This document shows positions 19,159 through 29,183 of a stretch of 64,000 nt of DNA, in pieces; positions within the stretch are counted from its first letter, which is position 1; every line of letters begins with the position of its first letter. The DNA comes from an uncultured Chloroflexia bacterium. GTDB taxonomy: Bacteria; Chloroflexota; Anaerolineae; Anaerolineales; Anaerolineaceae. The position numbers and the translations under genes are program-made. The notes beneath the pieces were generated by a model that had not been told where the DNA came from, ran no database searches, and saw only the letters and a program-made list of their open reading frames with translations. The stretch is from positions 53,723-117,722 of the forward strand of contig CAVVEQ010000011.1 of assembly GCA_963747315.1 (NCBI GenBank), in the 5' to 3' direction.

Positions 19159-20163
19159 TTAGTAAAGTCTACATTTACTGATTTGAAATTTCAATCGCAC
19201 GCCATACTCGTACCTGACGGGTATTTTTACTGGCGGGAGCTTGTTACCGCCTCGACGATTACCCGGCTCACCAAAGCGTTTCGCGAAGCGCGCGTTGATC
19301 ACCAGCGCCAGCACCACGATGGCGCCGCCAATGGCCAGGTTGAGCAGATTCACGCTTTCCCCAAAGACCACCACCGAGACCAGCACCGCCACCGGCACCT
19401 TCAGGTCGTTGAAGATCGCCAGCGTGCCGGCATCCACCTGGCAGGCGCCTTTGTTCCAGAGGAAGAAGCTCAACCCGGAGGCGATGATGCCCAGGTAAGC
19501 CAGCGTCCAGTACTGGGTGAACCCGAGCTGCACCGTGGACCAGTTGGTGAGCGCCGCGCAGCAGAGCCCGGTGACCAGGAAGGCGCCCAGGTAGAGCAGA
19601 CCGAACACGTCCTGGTCGCGGAATCCGTCCAGCGGGCGCATCACCCGCCGGTAATAGACCTGCCCGAAGGCGAAGGCGATGTTGGAGATCTGCACCAGCA
19701 GGAATCCCGTCAGCATTCCCGTTGAGGAGAGTCCGTTGTAGCTGATCACCGCCGTGCCGGCCACGGCCATAGCAGCGGTCAGCAGGAACTGGTAATGGAA
19801 TTTACGCTGGAATGCGTCGTCGATGAGGATGACGTAGATGGGGGTCAGGATGGTGAAGAGCGCTACCTCGTAAGCCTCCAGGGTTTGAAAGGCGAAGAAG
19901 TAGGCGATGTACATGATCCCGAACTGCACCGCACCGGTGAGCATCAACCTCCAGAAGGCGGGGCGGGGCAGGCTTCTGATCCGCAGGAAGGGCAGGAACA
20001 CCAGCAGCGAGAGCGCCATGCGGATGAAGGCTACGAAATAGGGATCGATCCCGGTCAGGTTGCCTTTGATCAGCCCGAACGAGAAGCCCCAGATGAGGGT
20101 GACAATAATGAGAAGGACCATGGAAGACCTGTTGAAAGTGGGATGGGAACAGGATGATGCCAC
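19159..20163 (-). CDS. EamA/DMT-superfamily transporter
   Basis: Ten predicted TM helices and two EamA-like halves (LIWGFSFGLIK...). Start is possibly ATG 20121. Confidence 0.85.
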   Translation of the reverse strand: MASSCSHPTFNRSSMVLLIIVTLIWGFSFGLIKGNLTGIDPYFVAFIRMALSLLVFLPFLRIRSLPRPAFWRLMLTGAVQFGIMYIAYFFAFQTLEAYEVALFTILTPIYVILIDDAFQRKFHYQFLLTAAMAVAGTAVISYNGLSSTGMLTGFLLVQISNIAFAFGQVYYRRVMRPLDGFRDQDVFGLLYLGAFLVTGLCCAALTNWSTVQLGFTQYWTLAYLGIIASGLSFFLWNKGACQVDAGTLAIFNDLKVPVAVLVSVVVFGESVNLLNLAIGGAIVVLALVINARFAKRFGEPGNRRGGNKLPPVKIPVRYEYGVRLKFQISKCRLY

Positions 20164-20184
20164 GCCGCGGAGGGCGGCGTTTGC

Positions 20185-20781
20185 TTAAGCTCCAGCCAGC
20201 TTTGCGCCTAAAGCGCGCGCCTGCGCCAGGAGCTCGGTTTGGCTTTCCATCTCACCCTGCGCGGAGGCGGTGCCGTAAAGGATGCCTGCCACAGGAGAGC
20301 CGGTGTAGCGGCACATATCCTGGAAGCTGCGGATGGCGTTGACCGCACCGGAGGTGTAGGGGTCGTCATCACCATAGGTCAGCACGAGCACCATGTCCTT
20401 GCCCTTCAGGCCGTGGCCGCCGGGGGATTCCAAAGCGTAAAAGCGGTCGATTGCCAGCTTGAGCTGCGCGCTGAAGGTGAACCAGTACACCGGGGTGGCC
20501 AGGACGATCGCGGAGGCTAGCTTAAGGAACGGGTAGATTAGCTGCATGTCGTCGTCGATCACGCAGCCGCTGCCCTGTGGGTGCTGGCAGGAATCGCAGC
20601 CATCGCAGGCGCGCAGGTCCATGCCGTGCAGCCCGAATTCTTTCACCGAACCACCAGCCTGGCGCGCGCCAGCGGCGAGCTCTTCCGCCAGGCGGCTGCT
20701 GTTGCTGCCCGCCCGCGGGCTGGCCTTTAAGATGACGATCATGTTCGTGCTTGTGCCGTCTTGAATTTCGGTTTTTTCCAT
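20185..20781 (-). CDS. Flavodoxin-like NADPH-dependent FMN reductase / iron-sulfur flavoprotein
   Basis: MIVILKASPRAGSNS, Cys cluster CDGCDSC and ATPVYWFTFSAQLKLAIDR. Start chosen at ATG 20781 (MEKTEI). The track ORF extends to 20841. Confidence 0.85.
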   Translation of the reverse strand: MEKTEIQDGTSTNMIVILKASPRAGSNSSRLAEELAAGARQAGGSVKEFGLHGMDLRACDGCDSCQHPQGSGCVIDDDMQLIYPFLKLASAIVLATPVYWFTFSAQLKLAIDRFYALESPGGHGLKGKDMVLVLTYGDDDPYTSGAVNAIRSFQDMCRYTGSPVAGILYGTASAQGEMESQTELLAQARALGAKLAGA

Positions 20782-20843
20782 ATTAAGATGATAACATATT
20801 CCCCGCGGCCGCCTGACGCTGCCGTCAACTTCAGGAGTCATCG

Positions 20844-21596
20844 ATGAAACGCTGGAGCCTTATACTTTTTGCGGCCGGGATCCTCTCCGGGCTGATCCTC
20901 ATTTTGCTTACCACCTGGGCGGACCAGGAGGCATCGCTTTTCGAGCTCACCAGCGCCTATGACAAGAATCTTTCCAGCCTGCGCTGCCCGCTGATGATTG
21001 CCAGGGACGAGGAATCGTCCATTTCCGTCACAGTCAAAAATCCCTCCACCTACACAGTTAATCCGCTCACCACGGCACATATCACTTCCGGTTACATTCT
21101 CCTGATCAACGAGTTCATAGAGAATCCATCCCTTCCTCCCGAGGGAGAAGTCTTCTTCTCCTGGCCGATAGAATCTGCGGATGCGGCCTACAACACGCTC
21201 GTCCTCGCTCGCGTTTTCGTGGAGCGGTCGTACCCGCTGCCCTCGCGGACGAATTCCTGCGGGGTGCTGGTGCTGCCCTTCGGGGGGATTCCGGGCAAGG
21301 CAGTTTCCGCGTTCCTGATGCTGCTCAGCCTAGCCGGCATGATTCTGGGTTTGGTTTTCTGGCGGGGGAGGCGCGTGCTCTCTGCGCGGGAATCCGGATT
21401 TTTCTCCGGGTTGCTGGCCCTGGCGATATTAACCCTCGCTGGCTTCGGCTCTATTCTACTCCCTGGAGAAGTTTCAATAGAGAGTTCTACTCAAAGGAGC
21501 GCACCATGCCCACATCGCCTACCCACCGAAGCTTACTCTTCTTGCTCACCGCGCTGTGTGCGCTCATCTTGTTATTATCGGCGCTGCTCTCGGTAG
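20844..21596 (+). CDS. Hypothetical membrane protein
   Basis: N-terminal TM helix, an extracytoplasmic domain, then 2-3 C-terminal TM helices. The last ~35 codons are Cys/Arg/Ser-rich and overlap the next gene, so the true stop may be earlier or shifted. Confidence 0.5.
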   Translation: MKRWSLILFAAGILSGLILILLTTWADQEASLFELTSAYDKNLSSLRCPLMIARDEESSISVTVKNPSTYTVNPLTTAHITSGYILLINEFIENPSLPPEGEVFFSWPIESADAAYNTLVLARVFVERSYPLPSRTNSCGVLVLPFGGIPGKAVSAFLMLLSLAGMILGLVFWRGRRVLSARESGFFSGLLALAILTLAGFGSILLPGEVSIESSTQRSAPCPHRLPTEAYSSCSPRCVRSSCYYRRCSR

Positions 21597-24295
21597 GCGC
21601 GCCTTGCCCTGGCGGGGACCGAGAACGACCCTCAACCTGCCACGCTCCGGGCAAATCACCTGCTACACCGTCACCGGGGAAGCCGCCCCATGCCCTGCAA
21701 CCGGTCAAGACGGCGACTACCGGGCTGGTTTAGCATGGCCCGAGCCACGTTCCTCGATAACGAAGACCAAACCTTTACCGACCTGCTGACCGGCTTGACC
21801 TGGACCGCGAACGCCGAAACTCCCGGGAACAATCTCTACTCCTGCTCGGCGCTCAACATCACGGTCAACTGGCAGACCGCCCTGGACCACGTGGATTGCC
21901 TGAACAGCCGCAACTTCCTCGGTTATAACGACTGGCGCTTGCCCAATATCAACGAGATCGAATCTCTGATCCATTCCAAATACGCCGACAGCACCGGTTG
22001 GCTGCTGAACCAGGGCTTTATTAACGTGTGGGGGTCGTACTGGTCTTCCACCACGGATCTCAACCCTGACTTTCCCAACGGCGAGATGGCTTACTCCATC
22101 AACCTGCTCACCGGCGAGACGGGCATTGAGCTCAAAACCGCTACCAGCTACCTGCCCGCCGTCTGGCCTGTGCGCGGAACGACCTCCGGTGTTGCGCCGC
22201 TGTGGAAGACCGGTCAGGCCAGCTCCTACGCTGACTACGATGACGGGTGGTATCAAGCGGGCATCGCCTGGCCTAGCCGCGCTTCGAAGTGCAGGACGAG
22301 TGCGTTACCGACCGGCTGACCGGTCTGGTCTGGTCACAGAACGCTGACCGGTTGAACGACCTGGTGGGCTGGCAGTCCGCCCTGGATCACGCCGGCGGGC
22401 TCAGCCTGTGCGGCTACGACGACTGGCGCCTGCCCAACCGCAAGGAATTGTGGTCGCTGGTGAACCACCAGGTTGCCGACCCGGCGGCGTGGCTGGAGAG
22501 CCAGGGCTTCAGCAACGTGCATTACCAGCCTGAGGATCCACTGGGTTCTTCCCGTACTGGACCTCCACCAGCTATGTCTATAATCCGGCGGCGGCTTTCG
22601 GCGTGCGCCTGGATGGCGGGTACATCTTTTCCTTCATGAAAAACCCGGGGTACGGCGGCTACGGCTACGTTTTGCCGGTGCGCAGCGGTTCGGTAGGACC
22701 GGTGATCCTGCCCACCGATACGCCCGTGCCCACTCCCACTCTGCAACCCACGCCCACGCCGGCGCCCAAGCCTTCCATCTCTGGGGTGCCGCCCGCGCAG
22801 GCAAGCCAAGGCATCGCCGTGCACCTGCAGAGCCACGGGCAGCTTCCGCGCGGCGCAGTCGTCCGCCTGGGCGCCACCACGCCGCTCAGCACCACCTTCA
22901 CCGACTCTAACCTGCTCCTGGCGCACCTGCCGGCGCGGCTGTCGGTATTACGTGATCTCCGTGCTCAATCCGGACGGCTATTTCGCGGCACTCGCCGGAC
23001 GGCTATCGGGTGCTTGGTCCGGTGACCGAGACCTGTACGGTTTCCATTACGAGCTGACCTCGGCACGCTTCTCGAGGCGGCAGGCGCGGGTACGCAGCTA
23101 CTCTTCGTCGTCCACCGGCTGGGCGGCAGCGCAGCCCGGAACGTCGACGTCGACTTCTATCTGGGCGTCCCGACCGGGCGGCCCGTATATCGGGCGGGGC
23201 ACCGTCGCCAGCCTGGCGCCTAACGGGTTCGTTATCACTCATGTTTCCTGGGTACCAGGCCAGCCCGGCAGCATCCAGATCTGCGCCGAAATCGACCCGG
23301 AAAGCCAGGTGATTGAAACCAACGAGAACAACAACCTGTATGCAACTGGGTGGAGGTGATCGCCACGCCGCAAGCGGATACCACGCCGCCCAGCGTGGAG
23401 GCAGTCTACGCCGGTTTGAGCTATTACAGCCCTTACATCAATTTGGGCGTGAGCGCCAGCGACCCCGCGCCCAGCGGCGGGATGGGCTGGAGCTACTTCC
23501 TGTTTTGGGAGTTCGTCCCCGGCATCAACGACTGGCTGGTGATGGAAGAGAGCGGCTGGCACCCGTACAGCTACTATAATACACTGAGCATCTTCGACTG
23601 GCCCGGACCGCGCTTTGTGGAAGTATACGCGGCAGACCTGGCGCAAAACGTCAGCGATCCCTCCGGTTGGGGCGTGTTCAACTACATCCCCCGCGGATGA
23701 TTTTCTCTTTCCGGGCAATCACGCTGGTATCTCTACCCCTTGCTCGCCGGCGATACGCTGCAGGCCAGCCTGACCGTGCATTGGCCTGACCCTGACCTGT
23801 ACCTGTGGAGCGAGGGCGGGGCGGGGCTGACGGTCTCGGCGCTCGACGGCACGGCTTCCGAGAGCCTGTCCTACACCGCCACCCAGGACGAATGGGTATG
23901 GCTGGGAGGTGTACGCCTACGCCGATTATCCGGATTTTTTGACCTCAGTGGGGGTGAGCCAGGCAGTGGCGGCACAGCACAACACCCCGGCACACCAATC
24001 AGATGCGCTGGCGCACCCGCCGCGCGAGCAACCGCCCATTGACCTGGCGAACGTCCCACTGGAGCCCAGCCGCTCGTTCAACCTTCCGCCCATTGAAGCG
24101 AAGATTTACCTGCCGCTGGCAATAAAGAAAATGACACCTGTTCCCGCTGGTTCTCAAGCGGAATCGGGCAATGCGATTAATTGTCCCTCTGGGGAATTCC
24201 ATGATGGGGTGGCTACGTGGTGTTTTTCGGGCTTCGCCCGAAAAACACCCTCACCACACGCGCGCCCGCCACGGCACTTCCAACGATCCGAGTGA
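21506..24295 (+). pseudogene. Large secreted multidomain protein broken into at least 7 frame segments: signal peptide, 2x DUF1566/Lcl-like domains, Pro/Thr linker, CARDB-like domain, pre-peptidase-C-terminal-like domain
   Basis: A colinear protein can be read only by hopping frames:
- signal MPTSPTHRSLLFLLTALCALILLLSA (21506)
- SGQITCYTVTGEAAPCPATGQDGDYRAGLAWPEPR (21556 ORF)
- FLDNEDQTFTDLLTGLTWT...YNDWRLPNINEIESLI (21690 ORF)
- RFEVQDECVTDRLTGLVWS...YDDWRLPNRKELWSLV (22289 ORF)
- YWTSTSY...VLPVRSG plus PT linker (22603 ORF)
- CARDB-like ...SLAPNGFVITHVSWVPGQPGSIQICAEIDPESQVIETNENNN (22952 ORF)
- 23350 ORF, an in-frame TGA at 23698, PPC-like LLAGDTLQASLTV...DPDLYLWS (23740 ORF), then the 23909 ORF. 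Confidence 0.7.
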
Positions 24296-24325
24296 TCGTC
24301 TGCCAGCAATCAAGCTCCCGGCGCG

Positions 24326-24709
24326 CTACAGCAGGGCGCTCAGGATTACACAAAAAACAAGCACCGCGATGCCCAGGTTGGTGAGAAACCCGGAGAGCAG
24401 GGGCGCAACCAGGTTGGAGATCGCCCCGCCGCCCAGAATTTGGAGAGGCAGGGTGGCGTTCTCAGCGACCCGCCCGGCGCTGCTCATCAGGCTGATTCCG
24501 CCGATCAGCCCCAGGAGGGTAATGAGCCCCGCCAGGACATACAGGACGGTTTTGAGGATCGTCAGGCTGCGGGAGGGTGCGGGGGTGGGGGAGAGGGAGC
24601 TCGAGGCATAGTCTTGGAACACCAGGTCGGAGCAAGGGAACCCTTCCCCAGCTGGGCGCGTCTCTTTTGCTCCGCCCCTACAAAAAACTGCCTGGCAGGC
24701 CGGGATCAA
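24326..24709 (-). CDS. Small two-TM membrane protein (start uncertain, possibly GTG 24622)
   Basis: The C-terminal ~80 aa are convincingly hydrophobic (LTILKTVLYVLAGLITLLGLIGGISL...LSGFLTNLGIAVLVFCVILSALL). The N-terminal part of the listed ORF looks non-coding. Confidence 0.35.
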   Translation of the reverse strand: MIPACQAVFCRGGAKETRPAGEGFPCSDLVFQDYASSSLSPTPAPSRSLTILKTVLYVLAGLITLLGLIGGISLMSSAGRVAENATLPLQILGGGAISNLVAPLLSGFLTNLGIAVLVFCVILSALL

Positions 24710-24712
24710 TAT

Positions 24713-24750
24713 AAAGGGTCTACCCTAAACCGATGGGTAGACCCTTTTAC
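24713..24750. terminator. Strong hairpin with flanking A/T runs (intrinsic-terminator-like)
   Basis: AAA-GGGTCTACCC-TAAACCGAT-GGGTAGACCC-TTTT is a perfect 10-bp stem. It is unclear which transcript it ends. Confidence 0.4.
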
Positions 24751-24936
24751 TGTTGGCACGTATCTCCTCTGCAGGGCAGGGGGTTAGCTGCGAAGCGTTG
24801 CTGAAATTGCTCCGGATTGCAAACCAGCCCAATTTTGACTCGTCTGGCTAATCTTGATATAATTACTCTACATTGCCAGGATAGGGTAGAGCACTGTACT
24901 GCGGGTTTCACCCGCCGAACACCCCCAACTCCCTCC

Positions 24937-24949
24937 GAACTGCGTAAGT
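24937..24949 (+). promoter_or_regulatory. Half-site GAACTGCGTAAGT upstream of the serine-protease gene
   Basis: Identical 13-mer to the proximal arm of the 58-kb copy, 21 nt upstream of ATG 24970. The partner arm is degenerate. Confidence 0.35.
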
Positions 24950-24969
24950 TATAGGATTAGGAGCCTCAA

Positions 24970-25774
24970 ATGAAAAGAAAACTGTTTGTATTTTCAATCG
25001 TGCTGATCGCCGCAATGCTGGTAGTCACACCCGTGCTGGCGATCACTTTTGGCGAGCTGGATGGCGAGCAGCACCCCAACGTGGGCGCCTTGCTGGTTGC
25101 CTGGCCCTACCCGGCTGGAGCCGTGGATATCGTCTGCACGGGCACCTTGATCGCCCCAGATGTCTTCCTGACCACGGCACACTGCATCAACTGGATGCCG
25201 GGAGCCGGCATCCCCCAGGATGGGGTCTATGTGACTTTCGACTCGGTCTACGAGATCGGCGTCTCCACCATCTACCCTGGCACATACTACACTCAACCCA
25301 AACTACGGGCATGATAACGGCGACCTGCACGACGTGGCAGTGATCGTTCTGGATGAGCCCATCGCCGGCATTGAGCCCGCCAGCCTGCCCCCGGCCGGTT
25401 TGCTGGACGAGATGAAGGATGCCCAAGAATTAAAAGACCGTCCGTTCGTGGCAGTGGGCTACGGCACGGTGCGGGATGACAAAACCGGCGGCCCGCACGC
25501 CCTGTACTGGGAAGGGGCGCGGCGTTTCGTCTCCGGCTCCTACGCCGCCCTGACCCAAAGCTGGCTGAAGATCTCGATGAATCCTTCCACGGGCGACGGC
25601 GGCACCTGCTACGGCGATTCGGGCGGGCCCCACTTCCTGGACTATAACGGGACCGACCTGCTTGTCTCCCTGACCGTCACCGGGGATATCCCCTGCCGGG
25701 CGACGGATGTGACCTACCGCATGGACACAGAATCGGCGCGTTCGTACCTGGCGCAGTTCGTGGAATTGCCATAA
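24970..25774 (+). pseudogene. Secreted trypsin-like (S1) serine protease, single frameshift
   Basis: Signal peptide, His motif LTTAHC (24970 ORF), then Asp DLHDVAVIVLDEP and Ser GDSGGP (25334 ORF). The frames join as ...GTYYTQPNYGHDNGDLHDVAV... if one A is removed from the AAA run at 25300..25302. Confidence 0.8.
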
Positions 25775-25883
25775 AGCCCCACCGCCAGGTGCAACCAGGT
25801 GCAAGGCACTTTGAAAGTGCCTTGCACCTGGCAGCCCTTCTTTACGCTGACCCATGCTTTGCTTGGCTCTCTTTTTTACTTAG

Positions 25884-26012
25884 CGGTTAAAAAAGAGAAC
25901 TTATCTGCGCTCTTCGTGTCTGTTCTGAAAATAGTAACTTCGTGTTCCTTGGCGCCTTGGAGCCTTCGTGGTGTTATTTTCATCCTTCGGGGTGAATGCT
26001 AATCATGACAAC
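25884..26012 (+). repeat. Hairpin-repeat family, variant B copy (CTTCGTG/CCTTGG word repeats)
   Basis: 25921..26012 matches 34428..34519 with about 10 mismatches in 92 nt (tgttctgaaaatag.aacttcgtg...ccttcgtggtg.tattttcatccttc.gggtgaat.ct.atcatgacaac). Confidence 0.8.
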
Positions 26013-26033
26013 TGGGAGGGGTACAATTCTAGA

Positions 26034-26074
26034 AATCTACATACAAACCTTCTAAGAATTATCTTATGAAGATT
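26034..26074 (+). repeat. 41-nt leader sequence, copy A (paralogue of the DUF234-ATPase 5' leader)
   Basis: aatctacatacaaacCttctaagaattatcttatgAagatt differs from 32837..32877 at 2 of 41 nt. It is preceded by TACAAT at the same spacing as the TATAAT of copy B. Confidence 0.85.
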
Positions 26075-26269
26075 TCCTTCCCCGAATAATCTGCCGCGAA
26101 TTGTACGAATACTGCTAATATTCCTTTGGGGCGGGCATCCATTCACGCATTCGTGCACCCTTCGTAGACGGTTCTCCTGTAGTCTGGATCGGCGATCCGG
26201 CCTGCAATGCCGCTCAATTCCTGTGAACTGCGAAAACCATCTGCCCGATTTTTCCGTATACTAAATAAC

Positions 26270-26311
26270 AGTTACGCAGTTCAGGGGAAAACTGCCCCCA
26301 ACTGCGTAACT
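26270..26311 (+). promoter_or_regulatory. Inverted-repeat leader motif AGTTACGCAGTT-N18-AACTGCGTAACT upstream of the GT2 operon
   Basis: Perfect 12-nt arms (26270..26281 and 26300..26311) with inner GGGG/CCCC pairing. It lies 45 nt upstream of the start at 26356, with TATACT at 26256..26261 just upstream. Confidence 0.5.
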
Positions 26312-26355
26312 CCGGTTAAGATAAATACATCAGGATACAATTAGGTATAAAACGG

Positions 26356-27903
26356 ATGCTCATTCACGCCGTTTTTCTGCTGATTTCCATTGCCCTTACG
26401 CTGCTCTTCTTCCTGTACGGGTTCAATCACTATTACCTGCTCGTTGCGGCGCGCCGGTATAGGGTTCCCGAATTGCCCAAGGATTCGAAAGCTCACAGAC
26501 CACGTGTGGCTGTTCACCTGCCGGTATACAACGAGAAGTACGTGATTCACAGGCTGGTATCGGCATGCACAAGTATGGCAGAGGTTTACGGTATCGACCG
26601 GGTGAGGATTGTGATACTGGATGACTCGGATGATGACACGGTCGCTGCCATCGATCAGGAGGCCTCCGATCAGCGCAGGATGGGCTTTCGAGTGGAAGTT
26701 TTGCGCCGCGACAACCGGCTGGGTTTCAAAGCCGGAGCTTTACAGGCGGCGCTCGATCAGACGGAAGAAGAGTTTATCGCCGTCTTTGACGCCGATTTTA
26801 TCCCAGCACCGGAATTCCTGGTTAGCAGCATACCCTATTTTCTTCAGGACGATCAGCTGGGTATCATCCAGAGCCGCTGGACGCACACCAACCGCAGATA
26901 CAATATCTTAACAGAGGCAATCGCCACGGGCATCGATGTGCACTTCCTGATCGAGCAATCCGGGCGCTACGCCGCGGGCTGCTTGCAGAACTTCAATGGC
27001 AGCGGTGGGACCCTGCGCAGGACAGCCTTGCAGCTGGCGGGCGGCTGGCAGGCGGACACCCTGGCTGAGGATCTGGATGCCAGTTACCGCATTCAGATGC
27101 AGGGCTACCGCGTGCTGTATTTAAGAGAACTGCACAGCCCCGGAGAAGTACCGCCGACCGTCCCCAGCTTCAAGAAACAGCAGGGACGTTGGGCTTGCGG
27201 CTCCTTGCAGACAGCCCGGAAACTGCTGCCTGATATGCTCTCCAACCCAAATTTTGGTTTTAAGCTGCGCCTGGAGGCATTCATCCACCTGACCAATTAC
27301 CTGGTACACCCTTTAATGTTTTCTGCTTTCCTGCTCGCCTGCCTATCTGCATTGCTGAGGGTGGATATCTTCCGCATTGGCGCGATCATTGCTGACCTGC
27401 GGAGCACCATCGTTGCCGGGACGGTGAGCTCGGCTGTTTCTTTCTCTCCTGGCTACCTGGGGTGGAGCCTGGCGGGTACGCTCATCGTGCTTTGCACCGT
27501 TGCCGCCTGGATCCCTCCAATGGTGGCTTTGAAAACCCAGCCGCTGCCCTGGTGGCGGAAGACCCTCAGCTTTGTCGTCCTTTTCTTCCTGGGCTGCGGG
27601 GTCAGCTTGAGCAACACCATCGAAGCCGGAAAGGCTTTGTTCACCAAGCGAAGCTGGGTTTTCAAGCGAACGCCCAAATATGCGGTCCAATATGGCGAAG
27701 ACAACTGGCGCGATAAACGCTACCAGGTAGCCTTAGATTTTGTCTGGCTGGTCGAGCTGGCGTTTGTCTGCCTGGGAATAGCATCAATCGGCTCCTCGGT
27801 TTTAAGCTCCAATTACGGGGTATTGGTAATCCTGGTCCCGTTTACCACTGCTTATACATTTGTTTTATTGCTGACGATCTTGCAAAGCCGGCAAGAGGCT
27901 TGA
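26356..27903 (+). CDS. Family 2 glycosyltransferase, processive CslA/cellulose-synthase-like membrane enzyme
   Basis: N-terminal TM helix; GT2 motifs VHLPVYNE, ILDDSDDDT, FDADF, EDLDASYR and QxxRW (QQGRWACG); 4-5 C-terminal TM helices. Confidence 0.9.
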   Translation: MLIHAVFLLISIALTLLFFLYGFNHYYLLVAARRYRVPELPKDSKAHRPRVAVHLPVYNEKYVIHRLVSACTSMAEVYGIDRVRIVILDDSDDDTVAAIDQEASDQRRMGFRVEVLRRDNRLGFKAGALQAALDQTEEEFIAVFDADFIPAPEFLVSSIPYFLQDDQLGIIQSRWTHTNRRYNILTEAIATGIDVHFLIEQSGRYAAGCLQNFNGSGGTLRRTALQLAGGWQADTLAEDLDASYRIQMQGYRVLYLRELHSPGEVPPTVPSFKKQQGRWACGSLQTARKLLPDMLSNPNFGFKLRLEAFIHLTNYLVHPLMFSAFLLACLSALLRVDIFRIGAIIADLRSTIVAGTVSSAVSFSPGYLGWSLAGTLIVLCTVAAWIPPMVALKTQPLPWWRKTLSFVVLFFLGCGVSLSNTIEAGKALFTKRSWVFKRTPKYAVQYGEDNWRDKRYQVALDFVWLVELAFVCLGIASIGSSVLSSNYGVLVILVPFTTAYTFVLLLTILQSRQEA

Positions 27904-27904
27904 G

Positions 27905-29170
27905 TTGCGCAGCTCACTACCACCGCTGCGTTTCACACCCATCTGGCGCATTACCCAGGATCAGGTTATCTTGCTGGTGAGCATCTTGTTGCAACTCACC
28001 CTTGGGCTTTTGTTCGGGCACGCTTACGACATGCGCATCGCCATGGCAACCGGGTACCTGGTGAGCAGTAGAGAAAACCCCTATATTGCTCAGGATCTGA
28101 GCGGTGTTTTCCAAAACGAGGCATTCCAGGGGATGACCAGCGTCGGCTACCCGCCTCCCTGGCCGCTGCTGTTGGGGCTGATCTACCGGAGCGCTGCTGC
28201 TCTGGCCTCGAATCTGATGGTCTACAACCTGGCTATCAAGCTTCCGATCATCGCGGCCAATATCTACCTGGCGTACCTGGTGGCGGATATACTTAAAAAT
28301 TTGGGGGCAGAGAGGCGGGTCATGCGGCGAGCCTGGGTCTTTATGCTCTTATGCCCATTCGTCCTATATTTCGGTCCCGCCTGGGGGCAGTTCGATGCGA
28401 TCGTCGTTTTGCTCACGCTGCTGTCGCTGGTACACCTGGATCAAGGCAGGTTGTCCAGCTCGGCAGTCTTGCTGGCATTGGGGATAGCCTTCAAGCCGAT
28501 CGCTCTGCCGCTCTTTCCGGTAGCAGTGCTGTTTTTACGTGGAAAATCAACCCGCCAGGCGATTACCTACTCGCTGTGGTTCTCAGCCAGTCTGATGGGG
28601 TTTTGCGCACTGCCGTTTCTGCTGCTGGCGTGGGATCCTGCACCGATCCTGCGCGGATGGAACGCACACTTCACGGTCGGCGGGGCGATGTCGTTCATGA
28701 CCTTTTTTGAGCTTCTAAAGGATACCTACCAGCTCCCAGGAAAGTGGTGGCTTTTGGGACTGGCCTGGGTGCCAGCAATGGGGTTTGCTGTGTATACTAT
28801 CCGGCACGGGATCTTCGGGTTCCGGGATCTGCTGCGGAAAAGCCTGGGGATGATTCTGGTTTTCTATCTGACCAGAACCTGGCTGTCTGAGCCGAATATT
28901 CTGCTGATCCTGCCCCTGGCACTGATTTTGACCTCGCTGGGCGAGCTACCCCCGCTGGTGTTCCATGCACTATGGATGCTCCCCTTGATCTTTACCGTTT
29001 TCAATGCCTCGCCGCCGCAACTGATGTGGTTAAATTTTCCGCAGGTGATGCAGGTGTGGCTAGACTGGCTGGAGGGATTGCGGAGATTCCGGCTGCTGGC
29101 GCGTATCGCCGTGGCGATCCCCTGGCAAATCGTTGGCTGGTGGACCGTCGCGGCGTGCTTCAAAAGTTGA
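27905..29170 (+). CDS. Polytopic membrane protein, GT-C-like (DUF2029/PMT_2-like) candidate glycosyltransferase
   Basis: About 11 TM helices. It has an early acidic loop (GHAYDMRIA), GQFDAIVVLLTLLSL and AFKPIALPLFP, all typical of GT-C lipid-linked-sugar transferases. It starts 1 nt after the GT2 stop. Confidence 0.7.
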   Translation: MRSSLPPLRFTPIWRITQDQVILLVSILLQLTLGLLFGHAYDMRIAMATGYLVSSRENPYIAQDLSGVFQNEAFQGMTSVGYPPPWPLLLGLIYRSAAALASNLMVYNLAIKLPIIAANIYLAYLVADILKNLGAERRVMRRAWVFMLLCPFVLYFGPAWGQFDAIVVLLTLLSLVHLDQGRLSSSAVLLALGIAFKPIALPLFPVAVLFLRGKSTRQAITYSLWFSASLMGFCALPFLLLAWDPAPILRGWNAHFTVGGAMSFMTFFELLKDTYQLPGKWWLLGLAWVPAMGFAVYTIRHGIFGFRDLLRKSLGMILVFYLTRTWLSEPNILLILPLALILTSLGELPPLVFHALWMLPLIFTVFNASPPQLMWLNFPQVMQVWLDWLEGLRRFRLLARIAVAIPWQIVGWWTVAACFKS

Positions 29171-29183
29171 ATTGAGCTCAAAC

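Noticed and set aside
23698-23700. In-frame TGA within the DUF1566 protein as a second selenocysteine candidate
   Set aside because: It lies in a locus riddled with frameshifts and does not align with a Cys or any redox motif. An alternative double-frameshift reading is equally possible.
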